A DNA stretch of 63,098 nucleotides, counting the filler, from Octopus bimaculoides (taxonomy: Eukaryota), in the NCBI RefSeq assembly GCF_001194135.2. It is 4 parts of 4 records of this genome, joined end to end, with 100 filler letters (N's around TTAATTAATTAA, not from the genome) between each part and the next. Parts side by side here need not be neighbours in the genome. Positions count along the whole stretch, not along the records: positions 7,097 to 20,506 come from NC_068992.1; positions 20,607 to 51,953 come from NC_068982.1; 2 more parts are not named here. The stretch is one strand, 5' to 3'. Position numbers and translations under genes: made by a program. Position 1 is the first letter of the stretch, and the number at the start of each line of letters is the position of its first letter. Below the pieces are notes generated by a model. It was given only the letters and a program-made list of their open reading frames with translations. It was not told where the DNA came from and made no database searches. Of this stretch, positions 12,166 through 24,060 are shown piece after piece.

Positions 12166-14184
12166 AGTAATATTGGCTTCAAATTTTGGCACAAGGTCAG
12201 CAAAGAGAGATTTTTTCTTCATGTCAGTAATATGCAAAATGCACCTGAGGGGAAATTAAGGGTACACCTCTGGATACATCATAACCCATTCCAGTGTTGG
12301 TTTGTGTAATTTTTGATATTCAGAAGACACTGGTTATATTTAGTGTGCAGCTAATTATCTCCCTTGTGTTTCTTTCTGTCTTTTTCTAAATACTTGTGCT
12401 CATTTGTGTGTAAGATTAGGAAAGAATAAAGATTAGTGTTGTCTGCATAGGGAGTGTGAGCTGTGATAGAAGTCACGAGTAGGTTGTTAATGTTAAGAAG
12501 AAGAAATAACAGAATCCTCAGCACATGCAGTTATGAAAGCTTCTTGCCTGGGAGACAAGAGACACATGTATAACAGTTGAATGTGAATCTATGTTTAGCC
12601 ACATGAAAATCATGAGTTGATCATGTGTGCAAACACATTATCAGTCTCGTCAGCACCTCTTGCGTTTTGGTCATGTGATAGTCTAGCAGCATGACAAGGT
12701 CTTTCTGTGTGGAAAGACCCTACAAACATTNNNNNNNNNNNNNNNNNNNNNNNNNNNNNNNNNNNNNNNNNNNNNNNNNNNNNNNNNNNNNNNNNNNNNN
12801 NNNNNNNNNNNNNNNNNNNNNNNNNNNNNNNNNNNNNNNNNNNNNNNNNNNNNNNNNNNNNNNNNNNNNNNNNNNNNNNNNNNNNNNNNNNNNNNNNNNN
12901 NNNNNNNNNNNNNNNNNNNNNNNNNNNNNNNNNNNNNNNNNNNNNNNNNNNNNNNNNNNNNNNNNNNNNNNNNNNNNNNNNNNNNNNNNNNNNNNNNNNN
13001 NNNNNNNNNNNNNNNNNNNNNNNNNNNNNNNNNNNNNNNNNNNNNNNNNNNNNNNNNNNNNNNNNNNNNNNNNNNNNNNNNNNNNNNNNNNNNNNNNNNN
13101 NNNNNNNNNNNNNNNNNNNNNNNNNNNNNNNNNNNNNNNNNNNNNNNNNNNNNNNNNNNNNNNNNNNNNNNNNNNNNNNNNNNNNNNNNNNNNNNNNNNN
13201 NNNNNNNNNNNNNNNNNNNNNNNNNNNNNNNNNNNNNNNNNNNNNNNNNNNNNNNNNNNNNNNNNNNNNNNNNNNCATCAACACAATTTGTTGCTTTCTC
13301 ACTCCTCACACATCGTCTGGACTGGTTTGGGAGGCTGAGCTATTCTGTTATTCTGAACGGTAGACACCGAATCCCCACCATCCAATATGAAAGTAACTGC
13401 ATTTTACCACCAATCCACACTGTAGGATCCTAGCAACTAATTATCAGAGAGCGAAAGAGCAAATCAAGGAATCGGCATGTAATAGCAACCAAATGTTCCT
13501 CGAATCACACTGTATTGTCTTAAGAAGGCAAGAAACACTGGAAAAGTATGGAGTTAACCGAAAACAACAACAACAACTACCATCTTATCAATCTAAAACA
13601 GTTAAAATAAGGACAGCTATTATTTCACAAGGCATTACTGCATGGTTAAGAAGCTTGCTTCAAAGCCATGTGGTTCCAGGTTCAATCCCTTGTGCAAAAT
13701 CTTGGGTTGGTGAATAAATTACTTTTCAAATAGTTTCATGTTGACCAATATCTTGTGAATGGTAGACAAAAATTGTGATGAATTCTCTTGTGTATACTAT
13801 TTGTTTGTTCGTTTGTATGTTTGTATGTATGTATATACGTACATAAGTAGGTAGATATGTACATACATATATATGCATGTGTGTATGTGTGTGTGGGTGT
13901 GTATAAATTACATGCACATACACATACACACACATACATGTATGTATAGATACCATCATCAACATCTTATGTCAGTTTTCCATGTTGAGATGACCTGGAT
14001 AGTTTGACAGGGAACTCCTCAGAAAGTACTCTTTTCCTGATGCCCCACCCACCACCACCACCACCACTCATACAATCCTAAAACAGCTGGAATAACATGT
14101 CTTAAAGAAGACCAGGATGTGAAATGTGAGTATACCAAAAAAAAAATATTATGCATGGCTATATCTCCCAAAGATTTGAAGAAG

Positions 14185-14890
14185 ACAATATCAAAATGAA
14201 TGGTAGCCTCTATTAGACTAACAACTGCTGCATCATAATTCAAAGGCTATGCATTTACAATCCAAGAACAGACTGGAACAAAATACCTGGTAAACAACAG
14301 AGACAGTGAAACCCTTGGAGCCTCAAAATGCTACCAAAAATTCAAATTATGTCATACTTCTATGACAGACATCACACATTATTAGAAGTTGGCCAATAAT
14401 CTCATCAAAATACTATTTCTCTATGCATTATGATGTTGTCACTAAAACAATAAACAATGCTATTCGAAGAAAAGACTGCCCTCGAATAAATATTGAGAAC
14501 CTCCCTCTTGTTATTGAATACATACATAAACATCAACACGAGGAATATTGGTGAAACATGCTCATAAAACTTCTGACACATGTAAATATAACAGGCAGAA
14601 TATGGTTGTTTGAGACAAACAAGAAGTAGGTACTATTACAGAGATCAGCTGCCCTGCAGATGTGAATATCTCATCGATAATCAAAGAGAAAGAGGATGCT
14701 TATGGATGGCTGCTTAGTTTTCAAAATTATATTCTTAAATATATTGTAAAATAAACTCATACTTGTTGTTGTTTGAGTTTTCGTACTTGTAGTATTAGTA
14801 TCTATAAAAACAAAATAAAAAAATAGCATCAATATCTATAAGAACAAAATAAACAAAAATAAATAAAAAATGATATCAATAAGCTATATT
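14185..14890 (+). mobile_element. R4/Dong-like LINE 3' fragment (decayed CCHC knuckle plus restriction-like endonuclease), copy 1
   Basis: Reads GYAFTIQEQ..TKYL...KLCH...DITHI and CKYNRQNMVV*DKQEVGTITEISCPADVNIS.IIKEKEDAY (PD..D/E RLE region). Confidence 0.75.
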
Positions 14891-15447
14891 TAAGCATTTT
14901 TTTTTGCTTGTAATTTGCAATTAAATTCTGCAGTGTATATTTCATGGTTCTCTGTTAACTTCCACCTTCCTTAATGTTCTCAAAATAATCATTTAGTGTT
15001 CACATCTACAATTTGTATATAAAAATATACTTATATATATNNNNNNNNNNNNNNNNNNNNNNNNNNNNNNNNNNNNNNNNNNNNNNNNNNNNNNNNNNNN
15101 NNNNNNNNNNNNNNNNNNNNNNNNNNNNNNNNNNNNNNNNNNNNNNNNNNNNNNNNNNNNNNNNNNNNNNNNNNNNNNNNNNNNNNNNNNNNNNNNNNNN
15201 NNNNNNNNNNNNNNNNNNNNNNNNNNNNNNNNNNNNNNNNNNNNNNNNNNNNNNNNNNNNNNNNNNNNNNNNNNNNNNNNNNNNNNNNNNNNNNNNNNNN
15301 NNNNNNNNNNNNNNNNNNNNNNNNNNNNNNNNNNNNNNNNNNNNNNNNNNNNNNNNNNNNNNNNNNNNNNNNNNNNNNNNNNNNNNNNNNNNNNNNNNNN
15401 NNNNNNNNNNNNNNNNNNNNNNNNNNNNNNNNNNNNGTGTGTGTGTG

Positions 15448-15479
<32 letters not shown>

Positions 15480-15534
15480 TGTGTATCCGAAAGGAGTGTC
15501 AATGGGAAAGAAGAAAGAAGAAAATTGTGTTTAC

Positions 15535-15572
15535 AGCTGGTCAGTTCTTTCAATGACAAGTTTATTCCTGGT
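15535..15572 (-). CDS. Possible 38-nt internal exon (TRNKLVIERTDQ-L)
   Basis: Strong polypyrimidine acceptor (ttttcttttttcttttaAG) and weak donor GTAAAC. Phase 0 to 2, which would join the 11397 exon in frame (CT+C = Leu). Confidence 0.3.
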
Positions 15573-16164
15573 CTTAAAAGAAAAAAGAAAAAATGACAAA
15601 ACCAGGTGGCATTGTTTGGAAGAAAGTTGCTTTTCAAATTTTTTTTTTGGTATCATTGTCCAGTGGGAAAGTGTGTGTGGGTGTGTTTTTGTATGTGTTT
15701 GTTTGTGTGTATGTGTGCGTGTGCGTGTTGTTGCAACTGCACCTCAGAGGCCAATAAGGCTTCCATATTAAAAGGCTTTTTTCTTTGGTTTCGTGCCAAA
15801 GAAAAAAAAACTTAAACGTCAAATGCAAATTTCGAGCAATTCGTGGTCACTTTTATATCCTTGTATTGGATATATAATGTAACGAAGCATGAAGGAAGAA
15901 AGAATATAGACGACGCAGTACTATTACACGAGATTCAACGTTTTATATCAAAGGCTCACAGTGAACCATCATCAACACGAACTGTCAATCGTTCACTGTT
16001 CTTTACTTTATAATAATGAGCCAATCCACCTTTTAGTCACTTGAGGGGTGGTCGGAATCCGTCCACAACAAAATGTCAAATAGTCTCTATCAGACAACAC
16101 TTATTAAACACAAGCAGATAAAATAAATACTTTTAACTTAGTCCTGAAAAGTTAAGCCAACAAT

Positions 16165-16826
16165 AATATCAAAATGAACCATAGTCTCTATTACACTAAC
16201 AACTGCTGCATCATACTACGAAGGCTATGCATTTGCAATTCAGGAACAGACTGGTACAAAATACCTGGTAAACAACAGAGACAGTGAAGCCCTTGGAGTC
16301 TCAAAATGCTACCAAAAATTCAGAGTATGTCATATTTCTATGACAGGCATCACACATTAGCAGTTGACCAAATAAGTCATCAAGATACTACTTCGCTATG
16401 CAACGCGATGTTGTCACTAAAACAATAAGCAATGCTACTGGAATAAAAGACTGTTCTTGAATAAATATTGAGACCTTCCCTCTCGTAATTGAATACATAC
16501 ATAAGCATCAACACGAGGAAATATTGGTGAAACATGCTCATAAAACTTCTGACACATGTAAATATAACAGGCAGAATATGGTTGTTTGAGACAAACAAGA
16601 AGTAGGTACTATTACAGAGATCAGTTGCCCTGCAGATGTGAATATCTCCTCGAAAATCAAAGAGAAAGAGGATGCCTATGATTACTTTACAAGATTATAT
16701 TCTTAAATATATTGTAAAATAAACTCATACTTGTTTTTGTTCGAGCATCCGTACCTGGAGTAGTATCATAATCTATAAAAACAAAATATAAAAAATAAAC
16801 AAAAAATGAGATCAATAAGCTATATT
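16165..16826 (+). mobile_element. R4/Dong-like LINE 3' fragment, copy 2 (local duplicate of 14185-14890)
   Basis: Colinear and highly similar to copy 1, including shared TGA codons and the 3' flank. Confidence 0.75.
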
Positions 16827-17324
16827 ACAGGTTTGAAGCATTTGAGAAGGTCAAGGTACTTGATTCCATGCCAAAAAATACGAGTCTTTTTTGTCTTAGT
16901 GAAAATCGTGCGGTGAAAAGATGAATGGGGTTCGAATGAAATTTGCGAGGCTTCCACTTCACCCCCGCCCCGTTTTCCGGACCCAAAAAGGGTTTTATAG
17001 CTTGTTAGGAGGTCACCAGAATTCAATCAATGAAAAAAAATAACAGAAATTTCTAATGATTCCGGGATATGGGGGAGAAGGTCCGGTTCCCCCACTTTCT
17101 TCCGAACATAAAATAAGGAGTTTGCAGCATATTAGAAGGTCAGGGTAGTTGCTTTCATGCAAAAAATCTGATTTTTTTTTTCCTCAGTGAAAATTGTGCG
17201 GGTGAAAGGATCAAAATTTACCAAAACTTTTATTTGTCGCATGTTGTTACGCTGAAAGAGATATACATAAAATCCAAATTAATAATAATCATTAGAATTT
17301 TTCGGAAGCTGATTATATACTTAC

Positions 17325-17414
17325 CAATTATTATTTTTTTTCTATAAGCTCTGTTGTAAGACACAGTCCTCTCTGTGTGGTGTGGCAGAAACTTTGTTGC
17401 TGAGCTATATGTTT
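17325..17414 (-). CDS. Possible 90-nt phase 1-1 exon (ETYSSATKFLPHHTERTVSYNRAYRKKIII)
   Basis: Consensus donor TTG/GTAAGT and a single open frame; weak acceptor. Confidence 0.3.
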
Positions 17415-17896
17415 CTGGATTAAGCACCAGTGTGTGACACCAAATATCTCCTACTATAGCCCCACGTGTGTGTATGTGTGTGTGTTTGTGTGTGTGAGTG
17501 TGTGTGTGTGTGTGTATGTGCGTGTGGCTGTGTGTTTGTGCTTCTCCAGAACTTGAACGGGTGCCAGTGCAAAGAGATTTTCTCTTTTGAACAAGGAAGA
17601 AGAAATTTTATCTCCCCCCCCCCATCTTTCTCTCTCCCACTATACACACACATATATATACGCGCACGCCTGCATGTATACAATTCCCACAAAATAAAAA
17701 TACATATACATACAATCATACACATAAATACAAAGGCCTCAACCAAATCACTATCAAAAATAATTGAACTTTTAACCTTTAACCATTGTAACCAAAGCAC
17801 TGAGTACTGAATTCTTTTACACATACGTGTCCATTTAGCCTTTTGCTTTCATCACTTCTTTTTATCAATCTTTTCTTTAATACATACATACATACA

Positions 17897-17929
<33 letters not shown>

Positions 17930-17990
17930 AAAGTTTTCAGAATGAGATAAAATTCCAAGGCTATGAAGATATTAGAACATTTATAAATAG

Positions 17991-18038
17991 GTCTTACAGC
18001 TGTTTCCGGGATATTTATTATATCCTTTCATCGGAGAC
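17991..18038 (-). ncRNA. Type I hammerhead-like motif (family B, core variant CCGAUGA)
   Basis: GUCU-CCGAUGA-A-AGGAUAU[aauaa]AUAUCCC-G-GAAA-CAGCUG-UA^AGAC. Confidence 0.55.
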
Positions 18039-18168
18039 GGTGTGAGAAAATGGTTAAGCAATAGTTAATTTAGATAAGATACGAAGTAGAGAGTGAGGTG
18101 GAGGAATGAAAATAGATGTGAGATATGCAGGGATATTGCATTTGTAGATCCATTATTTAGGCAGAATG

Positions 18169-18407
18169 GTATACATATAAGATTCCAAGACCTTGCGAGT
18201 AACTTCCAATAGCATTTAAAATTGGTCATTCCAAGTATAGAATTTGTACACAGTGCTATTGAATCCAGGGTTTTATTTAAAGTGACCTAAAAGTAGGGAA
18301 ATAAAACCTTCAATACAATAGCAGTGTGTACAAATCTATACTTGGAATGACCAATTTTAATTACTATTGGAATTTACTCACAAGGTATTGGAATCTTATA
18401 TGTATAC
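18169..18407. repeat. About 110-bp imperfect inverted repeat adjoining the family B element
   Basis: tataagattccaa...ttggtcattccaagtatag...gtacac is mirrored by gtgtacaaatctatacttggaatgaccaa...ttggaatcttata. Confidence 0.85.
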
Positions 18408-18611
18408 AGTTACATATAATTACAGCTCAATGTTTATTGTTTTGATTTTGAAGTGAATTTAAAGCGTGAGTGTGAACGAGACAGAGATTTTTGCTAGAAA
18501 CAACAGTTCAATTTAACATTGTCACAAGTATGAAAACCAGTGTTAAAGCTCTAACGATGAAGAAGGATGAACTGGCATTCCATATGAACTGTAAATCAAA
18601 GAAATACTTAC

Positions 18612-18731
18612 CAAAAAGTGATGCTGATGTATTTTCCTCTGAATCTGTTTGTTCATCTGCTGTAGTAATTGTAATTATGATAGGGCTACTGTCATATGCA
18701 GTAGTTAGAATAATTGGTTCTTTAGCATAAC
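18612..18731 (-). CDS. Candidate 120-nt phase 1-1 internal exon (YAKEPIILTTAYDSSPIIITITTADEQTDSEENTSASLF)
   Basis: Acceptor ctttttaatgcccAG, donor TTG/GTAAGT, open frame, unique non-repeat sequence. Confidence 0.5.
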
Positions 18732-18779
18732 CTGGGCATTAAAAAGAGTTGAGTGGATAAATCTTTCACCTTTTACTAA

Positions 18780-18845
<66 letters not shown>

Positions 18846-18879
18846 ATAGAAAAGACAAGAAAAGAAAGAAAGAGACCTC

Positions 18880-20506
18880 GATATTATGTAAATAGAGGAA
18901 TTTATCTTTAAAAATATGTGGCAATTATTCGGTAGCCATGATAAAACTCCGAGTTTCGGATGCCGGTGCGGAAACCCACGCCGCCATCTCTTCAGTTATC
19001 TGGCCATTGAAAATTTCTATGAAAATGCCCGTTAAACAAAGGGAAATTACTGTGAGGTTGAGCGTTATTAAGACAAAAGAGCTATTAGAATGACCGCTAA
19101 GTAAGGGGAGGGAGTAAAGGTAAGGGAGTAAAAAAGTCCATAGTATTCACGTAAGCGCACCAATCCATACATATGCACCTATATGTATATACTCATCCAC
19201 CCTCGCTTAAAACACACACATGCTCACCCACACATTCACAATATATATAAAAAAATGTGAAAAAGCTATAAGGGCAAAACGCGTCTATATGCGCATATTC
19301 TCGCATGCACGCACATACATCTATATTCGCACGTACCCGCACACACGCACACATCCACAAGTGCGCACATAAGGTTCCATGTACGCATCTATAGACGCAC
19401 AGCAAAAAAAGCAGGGTGGAAGGGAGAATATAGAAAAATTATGTGTGAAAAATATACAAAACACTATCTCTATAAATATGTAAAAAAAAATACCTAAAAA
19501 AATATATAAGAAATCCAAGTAAAAAGTATAGAGAGATAAAAATTTTGTACATAGACACAATATAGAAAGTAAGTCCTATCAGTAATCTCGGGGGACCAAA
19601 AATGTAGCAAATATTTAGCCACATGTTCAGTTCTTGAATTTTGACATGCGGCGGGCTCTAAGCTGCTTTACCAGATGAACCATCTTTCCATGTCACATAG
19701 ACCGCACTTTCCGCTGCCGTTGGTGTAAGGTTTACACTTGGATTAGATCTTCCAATGGATCTTATAACTGACACCTTTATCTTTTAAGGACCATATACGA
19801 CTGGATAATTTGGTCGTTTTCCTTTTATCCCAGTGCCTGAAGATCAAGGTGTGATTATTGAATCTGGCCTTGAAATTACCCTCTGTAAGACCCACGTATT
19901 TCTTCGTCGAAACTGTGTTCTTAGTGGATATAGAGTCCACGGTGGCCTCATAAATGATGGTCTCGGAGATGCAAGCTCCATTTAGCAGGCACAAATTTTT
20001 ATCCCTGCATGAACAGCTGGTTTCATATTGTGGTTTTCGTGTGTCGCGTGCGATTATATTTTAAAAATTAGCAGTTGAGCTGAAACTGATTTTTACGTTA
20101 TGTCTGTTGAAGATCTTTCTGTAACTATGGTTGACTGGAAAGTGTCTGTCTATCAGTGCTAAGAAATACTTGCCTATATTAAAGGTCACTTCGGCTGAGT
20201 AGGGGTGTGTGAACCAGATAGTTTTCCTTTTTCTATGTTTTGTCTTCTTTATTACTGGACTGGTGGCAGGTGTATAGGTTATTTCCTCGTTAAAACCACT
20301 ATCTTTTAGAGCCTTATTATATACTGTGTGATATATGAACATTTTATTGTGGTGTAGAGTCAAGATTTCGCTGCTATTTTCAGCATGGCGGTATCTCTTA
20401 GATACCCTAAATTATAACTTTAAATAATTGTTACTTTTGATGGTTTTTTTATTCCCATGCTGGCCACTTGATAAAATCGGTATTTAAATATCGATCTTAT
20501 CCTTAT
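18880..20506 (-). mobile_element. Penelope-like element (Naiad-type): RT thumb/linker, GIY-YIG endonuclease and 3' terminal repeat region
   Basis: Reads YNKALKDSGFNEEITY, RKRKTIWFTHPYS..V.FNIGKYFL.LIDRHFP.NH..RKIFNRHNVKISFS and C.LNGAC....IIYEATV...YVGLTEGNFKARFNNH...KLSSRIWSLK. Decayed and cut by an assembly join. Confidence 0.85.
18940..19000 (-). ncRNA. Type I hammerhead ribozyme with extended stem II in the Penelope-like element terminus
   Basis: GAUAA-CUGAAGA-GAUG[22-nt imperfect hairpin]CAUC-C-GAAA-CUCGGAG-UU^UUAUC. Stem I GAUAA/UUAUC is perfect. Confidence 0.65.
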
Positions 20507-20829
20507 NNNNNNNNNNNNNNNNNNNNNNNNNNNNNNNNNNNNNNNNNNNNTTAATTAATTAANNNNNNNNNNNNNNNNNNNNNNNNNNNNNNNNNNNNNN
20601 NNNNNNACGTTCTCCCCCATCTTGTATCATTTCATATTCATTCATGTTCATTAATGTTCATTAATGTTTACGTTCAGCCCGCAAAGCTATCTCTGTGTTC
20701 TGCCCTCGTGGCAAAAATAAAGATATAGTTGTATGGTTGACATGATAAAGGATATTGAAAATTTAATCTCTAAAACTATTGGACGCAAGAAATATGTTTA
20801 TACTAAAGGAAAAAAAATCAACAAACTAT

Positions 20830-20995
20830 CTGATTACTTTTTAAAAATAGAAATCTATGTTGAAATGCAAGCGGCAAGAGTGTATAGTGGAGGTCATCTT
20901 GGCCTTGGAAAAACACAAATAATTTATTTGTCTCGTGAGTGCTGCGGTGAGGGTGAAGGTAGAAGGTGTAGGTATGAATGGTGTGAAGGCTAACC
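20830..20995 (+). mobile_element. Possible decayed retroviral-type integrase zinc-finger fragment
   Basis: GGHLGLGKTQ...CC...C..WC resembles H-x-GH-x-G-x-x-KT...C-x2-C. Confidence 0.3.
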
Positions 20996-21279
20996 AGTTA
21001 ACGTCTTTAAGATAAAATGTTTCTAAGTACAAAAACAGTGAAGCTCAATACGGACAGCAAAAATATCAATAAAACAGACGATAAAGAAAGTATTCAAAAA
21101 ATGAAGTGTCACTGGGAAATGACGAAGCAGAACCAGATGTTGTCTTTTGAAGTTTGTATAACCATGTGCACAATGTAGATCAATGATGGATATATGATCT
21201 GATATTAAACTCTAGCATTATTATTATGATTATTATTATTATTATTATTATTATTTTTATTTTTATTATTATATTTATT

Positions 21280-21403
21280 AATATTATTCAGGTCACTGTC
21301 TGGAATCAAACTCGGAATCTTGGGGTTAGTAGCCCGCGCTCTTAACCACTAAGCCATATACCTAAGACACCTGATGAAGGCTGGAGGGTATATCAGCCGA
21401 AAC
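21280..21403. mobile_element. Family A element with rearranged architecture: tRNA-like head on the minus strand (about 21280-21358) back-to-back with a plus-strand hammerhead (21366-21403)
   Basis: Reverse complement of tagtggttaagagcgcgggctactaaccccaagattccgagtttgattcc, then GACAC-CUGAUGA-A-GGCUG[gaggguauau]CAGCC-GAAAC, cut by a gap. Confidence 0.7.
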
Positions 21404-22829
21404 NNNNNNNNNNNNNNNNNNNNNNNNNNNNNNNNNNNNNNNNNNNNNNNNNNNNNNNNNNNNNNNNNNNNNNNNNNNNNNNNNNNNNNNNNNNNNNNNN
21501 NNNNNNNNNNNNNNNNNNNNNNNNNNNNNNNNNNNNNNNNNNNNNNNNNNNNNNNNNNNNNNNNNNNNNNNNNNNNNNNNNNNNNNNNNNNNNNNNNNNN
21601 NNNNNNNNNNNNNNNNNNNNNNNNNNNNNNNNNNNNNNNNNNNNNNNNNNNNNNNNNNNNNNNNNNNNNNNNNNNNNNNNNNNNNNNNNNNNNNNNNNNN
21701 NNNNNNNNNNNNNNNNNNNNNNNNNNNNNNNNNNNNNNNNNNNNNNNNNNNNNNNNNNNNNNNNNNNNNNNNNNNNNNNNNNNNNNNNNNNNNNNNNNNN
21801 NNNNNNNNNNNNNNNNNNNNNNNNNNNNNNNNNNNNNNNNNNNNNNNNNNNNNNNNNNNNNNNNNNNNNNNNNNNNNNNNNNNNNNNNNNNNNNNNNNNN
21901 NNNNNNNNNNNNNNNNNNNNNNNNNNNNNNNNNNNNNNNNNNNNNNNNNNNNNNNNNNNNNNNNNNNNNNNNNNNNNNNNNNNNNNNNNNNNNNNNNNNN
22001 NNNNNNNNNNNNNNNNNNNNNNNNNNNNNNNNNAGCGCAAACATTCAACCACTAAAAGACAAACCTATGTAGGTTGCTCAGCAAGAAATTGCAAAACCGG
22101 TGGCGAGCTGGCAGAAACGTTAGCACGCCGGGCGAAGTGCTTAGCGGTATTTCGTCTGCCGTTACGTTCTGAGTTCAAATTCCCCCGAGGTCGACTTTGC
22201 CTTTCATCTTTTCGGGGTTGATTAAATAAGTACCAGTTACGCACTGGGGTCGATATAATCGACTTAATCCGTTTGTCTGTCCTTGTTTGTCCCCTCTGTG
22301 TGTAGCCCCCTGTGGGTAGTAAAGAAATAAACTTTAGCACGCCGGGCAAAATGCTTAGCAGGATTTCGTCTGCTGCTATGTTCTGAGTTCAAATTGCGCC
22401 GAGGTCGACTTTGCCTTTCATCCTTTCGGGGTCGATTAAATAAGTACCAGTTACACACCGGGGTCGATATAATGGACTTAATCACTTTGTCTATTCTTGT
22501 TTTTCCTCTCTGTGTGTAGTCCCTTGTGGGCAGTAAAGAAATAAGAAATGGCAAACCGTCACCTGTCGTTTACAACAGAAGAGCCCATCATTTACGATGG
22601 TATTGTGCTAGCATAATATCATCCGTGAGGCCATAAAGACACGATGTAACAAAGCGAATTGGAGCTACGAACTATTTTCTAAGACTTGTGTCAAGAACAT
22701 GACACTAACACATAACAATGATTTATATTTAATAAATCTTCATAATACACCATTTGTAATTTTCATTGAAATGTTTAGTGTGGTTTCCGCTATACAGAAC
22801 TGTCATGAGTGATCAAACCAATTCCTAAC

Positions 22830-24060
22830 AGAAACATTAGACCTTTTATCTCTTTCTTGTTTTAGTCATTGGAATGTGGCCATACTGGGGCACCTCCTTC
22901 AAGAATGTTTAGTCAAACGAATCGACACCTGCACTTACTTTTTTAAGCCAGGTACTTCTATCCGTCTCCTTTGCCGATCCAGGGACCTAAACACGTCAAC
23001 ACCGGTTGTCAAGCGGTGGTGGGGAACACACACATACACATACATATATGACAGGCTTCTTTCAGTTTCCGTCTACCAAATCCACTCACAAGGCTTTGGT
23101 CGGTTCAAGGCTATAATAGAAGACACTTGCCCAAAGTTCCACGCAGTGAGGCTGAACCCGGAACCATATGTTTGGGAAGCAAACTTCTTACCACAATGCT
23201 ACAATTATTCTAGCTTTGGAAAATTCGTGGAATAATGTTATTAAAATCATGTAGGACATGGTGAAACCTTAGGTAATGCGTAACTAACCAAAGATTCACT
23301 TTGTCAAGAATTGTTTCTATTAATATTTTTAATCTGTTATATTTCTGATGACACAAGTACCATTTCTTTCAGGAAACGTCTGCTTGTAGCATCTTGGCCT
23401 TATCGTTCAGTTTTTCATAATTTCCCGCTCTCTGTGCCTGCGACAGAATGCACACTAATATGTGATAGTTGTCTCCATAGTTTTCGATCTTTGCCAAGAG
23501 CATTCAGGGAAAATGTGTGAAGACCTGTCTATGTTGTGGCGTTATTTATCCATCTCTTAGGCTGCCGACCACTGATTCTCTTGCCATTAACCATGCCTGT
23601 CAAACAGATCTTGCTGACGCCACAAACCATTCGCTTAATATGGCCAAGTTATTTGAGTCCTTTAGCTTTGATGATAATTTGGTGGTTATTTGGTTATCTT
23701 TTATCTTTTGCTTGTTTCAGTAATTAGACTGCGACCATGCTGGGGCATAGCCATGAAGAGTTTTAGTTGAACGAATAAACTCCAATACTTGTTTTGTCCT
23801 TATTCTATCGGTTTTTTTTTGCCGAACAGCTAAGTTACGGGGACATAAGCACCAAACACCAGTTGTCAAGCGGTGGTCACACACACACACACACACATGA
23901 CGTGCTTCTTTCAGTTTCCGTGTACAAAATCCATTCACAAGGCTTTGGTCGGTCAGAGGCGATAGTAGAAGACTTTCGCCCAAGGTGTCACGCAGTGGGA
24001 CCGAACCCGGAACCATGTGGCTGGTCAGCAAACTTCTTTCCACAAAGCCATACCTGCTCG
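22830..24060 (-). mobile_element. Two copies of the octopus-type SINE called S2 here (gtggctgtgtggtaagaagcttgcttcc...aaagccttgtgagtggatttggtagacggaaactgaaagaagcc)
   Basis: The same bipartite element with an internal microsatellite recurs at about 30480-30900, 34290-34440, 35940-36085, 36520-36930, 38770-38920, 41340-41670, 46525-46890, 59280-59400 and 60580-60700. Confidence 0.8.
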
